Source: Calditrichota bacterium
Lineage (GTDB): Bacteria; Electryoneota; RPQS01
Reading direction: 5' to 3'
DNA length: 64,000 bases
Assembly (NCBI GenBank): GCA_020637395.1
Contig: JACJWA010000001.1
Coordinates: forward strand, 979,639-1,043,638
Shown here: positions 34,728 through 44,944 of the stretch, piece after piece
Numbering within the stretch: position 1 is the first letter of the stretch
Layout of the letters: every line of letters starts with the position of its first letter
Position numbers and translations under genes: made by a program
The notes under the pieces: model-generated
The model's input: the letters and a program-made list of their open reading frames with translations, nothing else
What the model was told of the DNA's origin: nothing
Database searches by the model: none

Positions 34728-35722
34728 GCAAAGTCACCCCGCTAAAATGGGTGCAAGGTGAATTGCTGATCCTGGACCAGCGACTTCTGCCCGGCAAGGA
34801 AAAATGGATTGTCGCCAAGCGAGCGGAAACCGTTGCCCGCGCGATTGAGTCTCTTGCAGTGCGCGGCGCTCCGGCCATCGGCATTGCGGCGGCCTACGGC
34901 GTCGCCCTGGAAGCGCAGCGGCCGGGCATCACGAAGCAGGAGCTTTCCGCCGTCATAGAACGACTCAAGAGCACTCGCCCAACCGGTTTCAATCTGTTCA
35001 GCGCGCTTGACCGGATGAATCAAATCATTGAGTCTGGTGCACAGATCAAGTCTGCGGCGTTCCTGAAGGAAGCGAGAGCGATTCACTCTGAGGACGCAGC
35101 CGCGTGTGACGCCATGGCCGCCGCGGGACTCTCATTGTTCGATACGGAAGAGTGTGTGCTGACCTACTGCAACACCGGTGCGCTAGCCACCGGAGGAATT
35201 GGCACTGCACTGGGTGTCATTCGCACCGGATTCAAGGCGAAGAAAGTCCGCGAAGTGTTTGCTTGCGAATCTCGTCCAGTAGGGCAAGGTGCTCGCTTGA
35301 CCGTCTGGGAATGCGCGAAGGAGAGAATCCCGGTCACTCTGATTTGTGACAACATGGTGGCCGCTCTCATGTCCGCCGGAAAAGTGCAGCGCGTATTTGT
35401 CGGCGCGGACCGCATTGCGCGGAATGGAGATTCGAGCAACAAGATCGGAACTCAGGGCGTTGCGGTGATCGCGGCGAAGTTTGACATTCCGTTTCATGTT
35501 GTTGCCCCGTCAACGACCATTGACTTCTCGTTAGGCAGTGGTGCTGAAATTCGCATTGAGGAACGAACTTCTTCTGAGGTCTTGCGCTGCACTCCGGGTT
35601 TAGAGAAAGTGAAAGGCGTCAGTGTATGGAACCCAGCTTTTGACGTCACTCCGGCGGCATTGATCCATTCGATTATTACGGAGCGCGGGATTCACCGCCC
35701 TCCATTCAATTTCACACGTTAG
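34724..35722 (+). CDS. mtnA: S-methyl-5-thioribose-1-phosphate isomerase (eIF-2B alpha/beta/delta family)
   Basis: The MtnA-type N-terminus is LKWVQGELLILDQRLLP. Other motifs are VRGAPAIGIAAAYG, TYCNTGALAT, VGADRIARNGD.SNKIGT and NPAFDVTP. Confidence 0.85.
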   Translation: MSKVTPLKWVQGELLILDQRLLPGKEKWIVAKRAETVARAIESLAVRGAPAIGIAAAYGVALEAQRPGITKQELSAVIERLKSTRPTGFNLFSALDRMNQIIESGAQIKSAAFLKEARAIHSEDAAACDAMAAAGLSLFDTEECVLTYCNTGALATGGIGTALGVIRTGFKAKKVREVFACESRPVGQGARLTVWECAKERIPVTLICDNMVAALMSAGKVQRVFVGADRIARNGDSSNKIGTQGVAVIAAKFDIPFHVVAPSTTIDFSLGSGAEIRIEERTSSEVLRCTPGLEKVKGVSVWNPAFDVTPAALIHSIITERGIHRPPFNFTR

Positions 35723-35761
35723 GCTTTCATCCAACGTTACTTCCAAATGAGGGATTGAGGC

Positions 35762-37075
35762 ATGTACCGCACATTTCTCGCGATTCTGGCTTTCGTCATT
35801 TCTGTTCTCCCCGCGCTTGCGGGAGTGGCGCATACATCCGCGCGAATCTACAAAAAGCAAGGCGAGATCGCCAAGTCCATGGAGTTCTTCGACCAGGCGG
35901 CCACCGAAGAGCCTGACAATCTTGACGTCTTTTTTGAGCGCGGAGAGCTGCTGGGCATGATTGCGATGGATGACGCACAGATCGCACTCCGAAAGAAGCT
36001 CGCCGGCGACTCGGAGAATCCACAGCGCACGGTCCTCGAGATGATGGTCAGGGATTTTGACAGGGTGCGAAGGTCCGGTGACGACAAGAAGGCTAAGAAA
36101 CTGCTGAAGAAGATGGATTCACAGATTGAAGAGTACTGGTGGTCCTTCTACGGAAAGGCCGTGGGCGCGGATTCATCGTACCGGGCGGTCATGGATTCAT
36201 TCAGAGTGATGGATCGCCCGGCTTTTGCCGACCTGCTCAATTTGAACGATGCAACGAAAGCAGAGTTCTTGAGCAGCGATCAGGCCGCCGATTCGATTCT
36301 CGCTCTTTACACAGACCGAGTGTTGAACAACGGAATTGATGCCGCAAACGTTTCCATCATGCTGGATCCCAAACATTGGAGCAGCAGGTTCGTCTATGCG
36401 CAGCTGGTTGGATTCAAGAACAAGGATGAGACTTATATCACGGCATGGCGGGACGCGCTCACGGCGCTCAGGAATTCTGAGATCAAGTCTGAAGACGCGG
36501 AAGGCTATAAGAACAATATCGAGTACGCGCATCTTCAACTGATTCAATTCTTCTACGCGCACGAAGACTTCGAGCGCACGCTTGAGATTGCGGACGAGAT
36601 GCTGAAGGAGGACCCGAAGAGTATTGACGCGGTTCAGTACAAGGCCTTCGCATTGGCGACCATGGCGGGCGACGAGACTCTGTCTGAGACTTCGCGGGAT
36701 TCGCTGAAGCGTGTTGCCTTGACCGCTCTGGAGAGTGCAAAGTCTTCGAATCCGGAAGACGAGAACATCATCTACTACATCGGTCAGTTTAATCTGCAGT
36801 TGAAAGACACAGCGTCGGCTTTGGGCGCTTTTGACGAATTCTTGAGCAAAGTTCCGGATGACGCGATCGTGCTCGCTCTGGAGGGCCTGATCTATCTGGA
36901 AGGCGACAAGTTCGGCGACCTGAAGCTTGCCATCGAGCGATTCCGCGCGGCGAAAGAGGCAGACCCGGACAATGCGGCATATTGGACCAATTACGGCATT
37001 GCGTTGCTGCGTGACAATCAGAATGATGAAGGCCTGAAGGCCATGGAAATGGGTGAAAAGCTCGCAGGACATTGA
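35762..37075 (+). CDS. Secreted TPR-repeat protein
   Basis: It has a signal peptide and multiple TPR-like helical repeats (e.g. DPDNAAYWTNYGIALLRDNQNDEGLKAME). Confidence 0.6.
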   Translation: MYRTFLAILAFVISVLPALAGVAHTSARIYKKQGEIAKSMEFFDQAATEEPDNLDVFFERGELLGMIAMDDAQIALRKKLAGDSENPQRTVLEMMVRDFDRVRRSGDDKKAKKLLKKMDSQIEEYWWSFYGKAVGADSSYRAVMDSFRVMDRPAFADLLNLNDATKAEFLSSDQAADSILALYTDRVLNNGIDAANVSIMLDPKHWSSRFVYAQLVGFKNKDETYITAWRDALTALRNSEIKSEDAEGYKNNIEYAHLQLIQFFYAHEDFERTLEIADEMLKEDPKSIDAVQYKAFALATMAGDETLSETSRDSLKRVALTALESAKSSNPEDENIIYYIGQFNLQLKDTASALGAFDEFLSKVPDDAIVLALEGLIYLEGDKFGDLKLAIERFRAAKEADPDNAAYWTNYGIALLRDNQNDEGLKAMEMGEKLAGH

Positions 37076-37781
37076 GCCGCGCCATTTCGTTGTCCCGGGT
37101 CACATTGCCGTGATCATGGATGGCAATGGGCGCTGGGCAACTCGAAACGGCTTGCCGCGACTCGCGGGACATCGCGAAGGAGTTAAGTCCGCGCGCGAAA
37201 TCGTGCGAGTGTGCGGCGAACTTGGAGTAGGCGTACTCACGCTCTATACGTTTTCAACTGAGAACTTCCGCAGGTCGCGCACGGAAGTGGATGCCCTGAT
37301 GACTCTATTGGTTACGACCATTGGCAGAGAAGTCCGGAACCTGATGGACAATAACGTTCGCCTGAGCGTGATTGGCAGACTCGATCAAATTCCAAACAGA
37401 ACCAGACGAGCGCTCGAATCCGCAATTGAAAGACTGAAGGACAATTCCGGGCTTCACCTCGTGCTGGCCATCGCTTACGGCGCTCGCCAAGAGCTGATAG
37501 ATGCCGTGAATCGGCTACTGGAGAGTGGTGAAAAGCAGCTTGGTGAAGAGCAGTTTTCCGATGCGCTCTACACCAAGGGCATTCCGGATCCTGACTTGAT
37601 CATTCGAACATCAGGGGAAATGCGCTTGTCCAACTTTCTGTTGTGGCAGGCGGCCTACTCTGAGTTGGTGGTCAAGGACACCTTGTGGCCGGATTTCCGT
37701 CGTGAAGAATTGATGCAGTGTTTGAATGAGTACTCAAAACGTGAACGAAGATTCGGGGCGCGCTCCTCTCAAGAAACATGA
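37053..37781 (+). CDS. uppS: Isoprenyl transferase (undecaprenyl-diphosphate synthase)
   Basis: Motifs HIAVIMDGNGRWA, LTLYTFSTENF.R, IRTSGE.RLSNFLLWQ and ERRFG. Confidence 0.93.
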   Translation: MKSSQDIEPRHFVVPGHIAVIMDGNGRWATRNGLPRLAGHREGVKSAREIVRVCGELGVGVLTLYTFSTENFRRSRTEVDALMTLLVTTIGREVRNLMDNNVRLSVIGRLDQIPNRTRRALESAIERLKDNSGLHLVLAIAYGARQELIDAVNRLLESGEKQLGEEQFSDALYTKGIPDPDLIIRTSGEMRLSNFLLWQAAYSELVVKDTLWPDFRREELMQCLNEYSKRERRFGARSSQET

Positions 37782-38443
37782 TTGAATGGCAAGAGACACT
37801 TGGCGAGAAGAGATTCGGGCTGCGGCAGACCACGCCGTTTCCTGTTGCCGTGCCGGATGATCCCAACGCAATGGCGGAGATTGTCCGACTATGTGCGGAA
37901 ACGGGATATCGCGTCCTGCCGATGGGTTCCGGAAGTTCATTCCCCGACAACTTCTCTTTGAAGTCCGATCGCACATTTGCGATCGCGGCTTCGCGCCTGC
38001 GAGGAACGGGGCGAACGGAGTCCGGCTATGCATATTGCGGAGCCGGTGCACCGATTGACGTCATACTTGGAGACGCCGCAGAGACCGAACGCAAAACGGC
38101 AGGAGGGTTGCTCTGCGGCAAGAGCAATGCGCACTCGCGGCGCGCCGCGCTCGAACTGTGGCAGCGAATTCGCCGAATTGACGTCATCTCGTCTCGTGGA
38201 GAACTAATGTCATTTTCCGGCCCTGCTTCTCCCGCTTTTCATCTGAATCTAAGCGGAAGCATCCTGATTGAATCGCGCGGCAAGCTCGGAATCGTCATAG
38301 GAGTCGAGTTTGACGCGGCGAGGTTTCCGCTTGTACTCGATACAAGAACTTTGTGTTCGTCCGCCGGTTCACGGATAGAACCGGTGATTTCACGGGGCCC
38401 GGCCGTTCGGACACTCGATTCCGTTTCACTTTTTGACTGGTAG
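37778..38443 (+). CDS. Hypothetical protein with a degenerate FAD-binding (PCMH/GlcE-like) N-terminal pattern
   Basis: PVAVPDDPNAMAEIVRLCAETGYRVLPMGSGSSF resembles the start of FAD_binding_4. At 221 aa the protein is too short for a full flavoenzyme. Confidence 0.35.
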   Translation: MIEWQETLGEKRFGLRQTTPFPVAVPDDPNAMAEIVRLCAETGYRVLPMGSGSSFPDNFSLKSDRTFAIAASRLRGTGRTESGYAYCGAGAPIDVILGDAAETERKTAGGLLCGKSNAHSRRAALELWQRIRRIDVISSRGELMSFSGPASPAFHLNLSGSILIESRGKLGIVIGVEFDAARFPLVLDTRTLCSSAGSRIEPVISRGPAVRTLDSVSLFDW

Positions 38444-38457
38444 GGGGCCTGGGTCCT

Positions 38458-41400
38458 GTGCGCGAGAAGCGCGCGGCGCGGATACGCGGTTGGAGAAAAT
38501 CGCTTTGGCTGCTGGTCAGCATCGCTGTGCTCGCCGCCGCTGTGCTCGTGCTGTTTCCCAGCGCATTGCTGGATCAGCAGGCTGCCGCGCGACTGACTGA
38601 GTATCTGGTTTCACGGCTCGGACCCGACGCTATCTGTGCGGAAGTCGAGATTGGTTGGCGCAGCGTAAGGCTGCGGGACATTGTGCTTCCACTGGACACG
38701 CACGGCTCGCAACTTTCGATTTCCAGCATTTCCGCCGACATTGATCCGCTGGTACTAGTTTCACAGCCAGCTGAATTTGAGCGAATCTTGCGAAACGTGG
38801 CGGTGACAAGGCCAACGCTCATGCTTTCCGTTAGTCGCGACACTGCCGCAAAGAACGAACGTAGTGATTGGACACCGAAAGCGTTTGACCTGCTTGCGCG
38901 ACTGGATAGTCTTCAGGGCTTCACTTTTGAGCACGGAAGATTTAGTGTCGTCACCGGAGATTCGCTCGTCAATGTTCTGACGGACGTGCGCGGCGCGATT
39001 ACCCAAGAGGTGCCGGGAAAACTGGTGATGCACGCACGCGGCAACGGAGACTATCCCGTGCGCAGCAGCACGCGAATTGAAGGCGTCTTATTCCCGCTCC
39101 TTCAGCAGGTAGAGCTGTCTGCAAGAGTCGAAATTGGAGAAGGAACCGTTCAGATTCTCGGACTTCCATTGGACGAGATTTCATCCAATGGAGGAATCCT
39201 GAATGCCAGATTGCTTGTGTCAGGCGACTCGATCGAGTATTCCGGAAGCGGAGCGCTCGAGAACGTCCAGATTACGAAGTCAGATCGGCATTTCTATGTT
39301 CCCGGTCTTTCGGTTTCGCTCGCCCATGGAGTTGTGGTAGTAGATACCTTTCGCCTCATTGGCGAAGGAATTGGATCAGAGATATCCGGCAGCGTGAACA
39401 TCGAGGATACTCCTCCGGCCATGCGCGCTGACTTGAGTGCGGACGTACAACTGGAACAGTTTGTAAAAGAGTATGCTCCGTCCGTGCCTCTGACTGGAAC
39501 TGCATTCCTTGAAGCCGTCTTCGCGGGTCCCATCTCGGCTCCGGAGGTACAGGCAAGTGTCACGTCTGACTCAGCTTCCTATGCTGGACAAGTCGCGCGC
39601 GAGATTCGCGGTGATCTTAGATTTCAAAAAGACTCGCTTTTCGTATCCCTGCGTCATCTGAGTTCGAAGTACGGCAAGGCAAGCGCCGAAGGATTCGTCT
39701 TTCTTGGGGACAAAGCGTTCGTAGAGGCCGCGGCAAGCATGGAACTCGTTGAACTTCCCGGTCTAATGGGGGCGAGAAACGGCGTTCGCAGCGTGGATTT
39801 GAGCGCCTCCGGATTCCTGTCAGAGCCCGCCTTCGGTTGGACTGCTCGCGACTCCCTTGGTAATCTGCTGGGATTCGGATCCGTGGCGGCGAAGGACAGC
39901 AGTTTTGACATTCGATTTGCAAATGCCCGCGGAGGAGCAGGATTCGCGTTTCTGACGCTTGGTGAAGACGCCGTAAGTGCGGATGTCCACGATTTGCACA
40001 ACGTGGCGCCGATCTTCTTCCCCGCGTCTGACAGCGTTTTGCAGTCCGTTCGAAGCTTCGAACTCTTGTTCGCCGGCAACGAATCCAATGGGACTCTAAC
40101 CGTTTCGATTGAAAGTGATTCGACGGCCAGGTCGCCGATTGCAGACGTGGTTAGTTTGTTAGCGTTCAACGGTTCTTATGCGCGTTCGGCGGACAGCACA
40201 ATGGTGCTGAATGGGTCATGGCAGGGGCGAGCCGGACAGGAAGAGTTCTTTGGCAGAGGCGTTGTGACGCAGCGTAACGGCAGGATTGGGATTCAAGACC
40301 TGTACATTGATGAGGCGGGCCTTCTGACCGGCTACGTCAACCTGGAGTCGCGTGAGCTCGATATCCAGCTATCCATTGACGATCTTCCCTTATCGAAGAT
40401 GCCAATTGTAGCTCGTGCGGCAGATGCCTGGAAGCTTGGTGGCGTTCTTTCTGGAGAGGTCACTGCGTTTGGATCTTTGGACTCCATTCAGTGGTACACC
40501 GATCTCAGTCTGGTGAATGGAACGGCGCAAAATCTTCCCGGTTATTGGAGCCTGCTGACTGCGCAGGGAACATCCGACCGAATGGACACGCTTCACTTCA
40601 CCTTTGGCCGCGGCGTGCGCAGTATCCTTGAGGCAGAAGGCCGCATTGACGTCTCCGAGGACTTCGTGGACATCAGAGCGAACTTCCCGACTTCGGACTG
40701 TTCCGACTTTCTCCAAGCTCTGACGGGAAGAAGCGGCCTTGTGCGCGGGGAATTGGAAGGTGATCTGCTGGTGAGCGGATCGCTGCGAGCGCCGGAAGTT
40801 CTGGCAAGCCTAAGAGTCTTGAACGGCGAGCTATTCAACGAGATCACGTTTGATCGTTTGGCTGTGGATGCCACTCTGAGTAATGAATCTGATGGCTCCC
40901 GACTGCTTGCTATCCCGCAGTTTGCTTTCCAAAAATCGGACGAATACCGCTTCTACGCTGAGCTTGTGACGGCACCGGTCAAGGGCGGCAGGTTTCAGGC
41001 AATCCTCGAAGGCCAAGGCGATTTCCTTGATCTGCTGCAGCAAGTAGATGCGGACTTCACTTCGTATGGAAGCAGCAGCTCTTTGCGAATTGAGTTGGGC
41101 GGAACATGGGATCTGCCGGTATTCAACGGGGGCCACCTTGAAATCACTCAAGGCAAGTTCACCTATCCGCCTGCGGCACCGGGGATGCTGGACTTCGCAG
41201 CGCAAGTTGATTTGAACACTCAGGGAGTGGTGCAATACGGATTCATTCAAGTGCTTGAGGGCCCTGACAGCTTGCGACTCGATTTTCTGCCGGCAGGGAG
41301 CGATGAGACTCAAGGAATGATGCCACTGATCATTCCATCCCCCAGAATTGATCTGGGCGTGTTGCGGATCTCCACAAGTTCAAATGGAGTTCCAGTTCGT

Positions 41401-42609
41401 CTGCCCGGTTTCATGAAGCCGGAGTGGCTCTGTCGGTTGTCCGCTGGAACAGGCGAGCGTGATGCTTTCACGATTTCCGCGTATGATTCGACGAGACTGC
41501 ACATCGCAGGCGACGCGTTTATTGAAGACGGGCGTTTCTCGTTTCCTTTTCTAAGCTATGGCGGCGGGACCATGCGCCCCGTCACGAAGTGGCTGGTGGA
41601 CCGGCTCTATGAAGCAGACTGGGCGCTGACCCTTGCGATCGGAAAAGGACTTCACTACGACGTAGAAGTGACGGGATTCAAGGACTCGGATCTGTTTGCC
41701 CGCATGGGCTCCAATCCGCTACTGGGTACCGTCGCGGAATACCTTGACCATATCTCCGTGGATGCTATCGTAACGCCTACTGAGGTACCGCTCACAATGG
41801 AAGGTGCTCTGGTGGATTCTTCGCTCAGGTTGGTCGGTGAATTGGGAGCGACGAGCGGGAATGCGGACTATCTCGATCAGACGTTCTGGATCGAATCTCT
41901 TCAATCTAACTTCGACGAAACCGACATCTTTCCGCTCATTAGCGGACGCGCTGCCACCTATGGTGAAGATTCACTGGGTAGAACGGTAACGGTTCACTTG
42001 ACAATCTACGAGATTGATCCGCTGACGCAGCAGCGGGTTCCGTATGGCCGATTTGAGGACATCACTTATGTTCTGGAAGCGGACGGATACACGGACCAGG
42101 AAGAAGTTCTTGCGCTGCTCGGATATGACTTCACGAATCTCTCCCAGGGCAAAGCCGAGCAGCTTCTGACCCGAACCGCGCTTTCCGCCGCGAAACGTAT
42201 CTGGCTTGACCCCATTTCACGGCGTTTGGAGCGTGCAACTTTTTTTGATCAAGTTTCTCTCACTCCCGGAGGCGGACCCAGCGCGAGTTTGTTCCGTGCA
42301 CAGAGAGAAAACGTGCTGACCGATACATTGGAATCGCAAGGTGTGGTTCGGCTCCTGAAAGGATCACATGTGACGGTCGGCAAGTACCTGTACAGCGACG
42401 TGTTTGTAACTTACACCGGTGAACTGTCTGAGGCCAGCGGTGAGTCAGAGCGCGGGCGTCTGGGACTTATACATTATTGGAATCTACAATACCGCGTTGT
42501 ACCGCTTAGTCCCGACTTTGTGCTCGATTTTGCGGTCGAGTACGACGAGGCAAGCAAACGGAGCGACGAGTCGGTGGCGTTGAAGTATTCCTTCACGCTG
42601 GAGCCTTAA
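38458..42609 (+). CDS. tamB: TamB/AsmA-like translocation and assembly module protein (1383 aa)
   Basis: N-terminal TM anchor (LWLLVSIAVLAAAVLVLF), then a very long beta-rich periplasmic body and a DUF490-like C-terminus. It lies directly upstream of bamA. Confidence 0.6.
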   Translation: MREKRAARIRGWRKSLWLLVSIAVLAAAVLVLFPSALLDQQAAARLTEYLVSRLGPDAICAEVEIGWRSVRLRDIVLPLDTHGSQLSISSISADIDPLVLVSQPAEFERILRNVAVTRPTLMLSVSRDTAAKNERSDWTPKAFDLLARLDSLQGFTFEHGRFSVVTGDSLVNVLTDVRGAITQEVPGKLVMHARGNGDYPVRSSTRIEGVLFPLLQQVELSARVEIGEGTVQILGLPLDEISSNGGILNARLLVSGDSIEYSGSGALENVQITKSDRHFYVPGLSVSLAHGVVVVDTFRLIGEGIGSEISGSVNIEDTPPAMRADLSADVQLEQFVKEYAPSVPLTGTAFLEAVFAGPISAPEVQASVTSDSASYAGQVAREIRGDLRFQKDSLFVSLRHLSSKYGKASAEGFVFLGDKAFVEAAASMELVELPGLMGARNGVRSVDLSASGFLSEPAFGWTARDSLGNLLGFGSVAAKDSSFDIRFANARGGAGFAFLTLGEDAVSADVHDLHNVAPIFFPASDSVLQSVRSFELLFAGNESNGTLTVSIESDSTARSPIADVVSLLAFNGSYARSADSTMVLNGSWQGRAGQEEFFGRGVVTQRNGRIGIQDLYIDEAGLLTGYVNLESRELDIQLSIDDLPLSKMPIVARAADAWKLGGVLSGEVTAFGSLDSIQWYTDLSLVNGTAQNLPGYWSLLTAQGTSDRMDTLHFTFGRGVRSILEAEGRIDVSEDFVDIRANFPTSDCSDFLQALTGRSGLVRGELEGDLLVSGSLRAPEVLASLRVLNGELFNEITFDRLAVDATLSNESDGSRLLAIPQFAFQKSDEYRFYAELVTAPVKGGRFQAILEGQGDFLDLLQQVDADFTSYGSSSSLRIELGGTWDLPVFNGGHLEITQGKFTYPPAAPGMLDFAAQVDLNTQGVVQYGFIQVLEGPDSLRLDFLPAGSDETQGMMPLIIPSPRIDLGVLRISTSSNGVPVRLPGFMKPEWLCRLSAGTGERDAFTISAYDSTRLHIAGDAFIEDGRFSFPFLSYGGGTMRPVTKWLVDRLYEADWALTLAIGKGLHYDVEVTGFKDSDLFARMGSNPLLGTVAEYLDHISVDAIVTPTEVPLTMEGALVDSSLRLVGELGATSGNADYLDQTFWIESLQSNFDETDIFPLISGRAATYGEDSLGRTVTVHLTIYEIDPLTQQRVPYGRFEDITYVLEADGYTDQEEVLALLGYDFTNLSQGKAEQLLTRTALSAAKRIWLDPISRRLERATFFDQVSLTPGGGPSASLFRAQRENVLTDTLESQGVVRLLKGSHVTVGKYLYSDVFVTYTGELSEASGESERGRLGLIHYWNLQYRVVPLSPDFVLDFAVEYDEASKRSDESVALKYSFTLEP

Positions 42610-42611
42610 GA

Positions 42612-44921
42612 GTGACCAAATCAGTTTTTCATCTCCTCGCAGTTTTGTTTTTTGCAGCAGCCCTGTGCGCACCTACCGCGCAGGCGCAGGATCGCTTGCG
42701 AATTCTTGGTATCTCCATTGAAGGCAACGAAAGCGCTGACGTCGGCCTGATTCGCGCTCACTCGGGACTTTCCATCGGGAAAGAGGTTTCCGGAGATGAC
42801 GTGCAGTCTGCGATCAAGCAGCTATGGAAGCTGAATCTCTTCAGTGACATCCAGATCATCGAAGAACGCAGCACTGCAGAAGGTGTATACCTGAAGATCC
42901 AAGTTCAGGAGTTCCGCCGTTTGGATCGGGTGGACATCCGTGGCAACCGCAAGCTCAAAGGCGATGACCTGGACGCCTTGCTTAAGCTCAGTCCCGGCCA
43001 GGTTGTTCGACCTGCGGACGTCACCAGACTTCGAGAATCCATGATGGCCAAGTATCGTGAAATGGGTTACCTGCTGGCGGAAATTCAGGTCGAACAGGAC
43101 ACGCTGGAAAGCAGTGGGCGTGTTCGAATGGACCTTGAAGTTCGCGAGGGGAAAAAGGTAAAAGTGCGCCGGGTCGAGTTTGACGGGAATACAGCGTTTA
43201 ACGACAAGAAGTTACGCAAGAAGGTTCGTACGACGAAGAAGACCTTTTTCCGGTCTGGAGAATACAAGCGTGAGAAGATCGAAGCGGACAAACTTGCGCT
43301 GGTTGCTTTCTATCAGAGCCAGGGATATCGCGACGCAGAAGTAACCGGTGATTCCGTTGCATATACCGACGACCGTCGGGGAATTCACCTTACGTTTAGT
43401 GTTTCAGAAGGTCCTACTTACACCTACGGTGAGTTCTCGTGGGCCGGTGAACGGCTGTTTACTGAGGATGAATTGTCGAAAAAGTTGCGCGTTGCCACCG
43501 GCGAAACATACAATCGCGCGGAGTTTGAACGAAGCATGGCAGACATCGGTTCGATGTACTATGATCGTGGCTACATCTATGCTTCGGTGAATCCCGTGGA
43601 GTCCGTTCGTGACAGCCATGTTGTTGATGTGGCATTTGATGTTGTGGAAGGCAACGAATTCAAAGTTAACCGGATCTTCGTTACGGGCAACACCAAGACG
43701 AAGGAAAAGGTCATACGCCGGGAATTCACCCTGTATCCTGGCGAGACATTTGATGTATCGAAACTTCGCCGCTCCATTCGTGAGGTCACCGTTCTGAACT
43801 ACTTTGCCAGCGTCGTGCCTGACGTTGTGCCAATTTCAGATGATCAAGTTGACTTGTATGTTGACGTGGAAGAAAAGTCCACGGATCAAGCCAATGTATC
43901 TGCCGGATACAGCCAGCGCGACAAGTTCATCGGCACGATCGGTTTCCAGATGAACAATCTGCTTGGAAACGGGCAACAGTTTGCGCTTGACTGGAACTTC
44001 GGTCGTGTCTATCGCTCGTTTTCGGTGAGCTTCACTGAACCATGGTTCAGAAACACCAGGACTTTGCTGGGGGTGAGCTTCTTTGATACTCATCGCGGCG
44101 GAAGCTATTACGGTTTCGATGAAGATATTGTTGGAGGGACGCTGCGCATTGGCCGCAGACTGCGGTGGCCGGACGATTACTTCAGGCTTGACTACATTTA
44201 CAGACTGGACCGCACCCTCTACTCGGATTTCACCGATGATTTCCGGCTAAGCAATCCGCGAAATCTGGCGGAAGATGAGCCGCGTGTGTCCTCAGGAATC
44301 ACGCAGATTGTAAGCCGCGACAGCCGAAACGAAGTCGAGTTTCCCTCGCTTGGATCTGTAAATACGCTGCGTACGGAACTCACGGGTGGTCCGCTCTTTG
44401 GCGACGATCAGTTTTTCAAGACGGAAGTTGCGTCGCAGTGGTACTCGCCGCTGCTTGGCGATTTGGTCATGGTCTCAGATACGAAACTCGGTACCGTCGA
44501 GTTGCTGAGCCGCAACCAGCGAGACATTCCTTACTTCGATTATTTCTTCATGGGCGGCTCGGGGCTGTCTCTCGGAACCAGCCTGCGCGGTTACGACGAG
44601 CGGGATGTGGGCCCGCAGAGCGGCGGCTATCCCGTCGGAGGAAAGACTATGTTTAAGCAGTCCTTCGAACTTCGCTATCCGATTGTTCGCAATCCGACAA
44701 TTTATATACTGGGCTTCGCCGAAGGAGGCAATGTCTGGTCAAGTTATGAAGACACGAATCCTGGAAACTTGCGAAAGTCCATTGGTTTTGGCGCGAGACT
44801 TTTCATGCCTTTCATCGGCATGATTGGTCTCGACTACGGGTACGGAATTGACTACTACGATGAACGCGGCATCCGCAGCGGGAAGTGGCTGCCGCACTTC
44901 CAGTTCGGCAGAACATTCTAA
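42612..44921 (+). CDS. bamA: Outer membrane protein assembly factor BamA
   Basis: It has a signal peptide and repeated POTRA units (I..I.I.GN......I). The Omp85 barrel ends ...WLPHFQFGRTF. Confidence 0.93.
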   Translation: MTKSVFHLLAVLFFAAALCAPTAQAQDRLRILGISIEGNESADVGLIRAHSGLSIGKEVSGDDVQSAIKQLWKLNLFSDIQIIEERSTAEGVYLKIQVQEFRRLDRVDIRGNRKLKGDDLDALLKLSPGQVVRPADVTRLRESMMAKYREMGYLLAEIQVEQDTLESSGRVRMDLEVREGKKVKVRRVEFDGNTAFNDKKLRKKVRTTKKTFFRSGEYKREKIEADKLALVAFYQSQGYRDAEVTGDSVAYTDDRRGIHLTFSVSEGPTYTYGEFSWAGERLFTEDELSKKLRVATGETYNRAEFERSMADIGSMYYDRGYIYASVNPVESVRDSHVVDVAFDVVEGNEFKVNRIFVTGNTKTKEKVIRREFTLYPGETFDVSKLRRSIREVTVLNYFASVVPDVVPISDDQVDLYVDVEEKSTDQANVSAGYSQRDKFIGTIGFQMNNLLGNGQQFALDWNFGRVYRSFSVSFTEPWFRNTRTLLGVSFFDTHRGGSYYGFDEDIVGGTLRIGRRLRWPDDYFRLDYIYRLDRTLYSDFTDDFRLSNPRNLAEDEPRVSSGITQIVSRDSRNEVEFPSLGSVNTLRTELTGGPLFGDDQFFKTEVASQWYSPLLGDLVMVSDTKLGTVELLSRNQRDIPYFDYFFMGGSGLSLGTSLRGYDERDVGPQSGGYPVGGKTMFKQSFELRYPIVRNPTIYILGFAEGGNVWSSYEDTNPGNLRKSIGFGARLFMPFIGMIGLDYGYGIDYYDERGIRSGKWLPHFQFGRTF

Positions 44922-44944
44922 AGACACCAGATAAAGGACAGGAA

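Noticed and set aside
34724-35722. An alternative call of the eIF-2B-family gene as ribose-1,5-bisphosphate isomerase, with the upstream PfkB as ribose-1-phosphate kinase (pentose bisphosphate pathway).
   Set aside because: The protein has the MtnA-type N-terminal extension (LKWVQGELLILDQRLLP) that the archaeal R15P isomerases lack. No RuBisCO or AMP phosphorylase gene is nearby. I keep it only as a secondary hypothesis.
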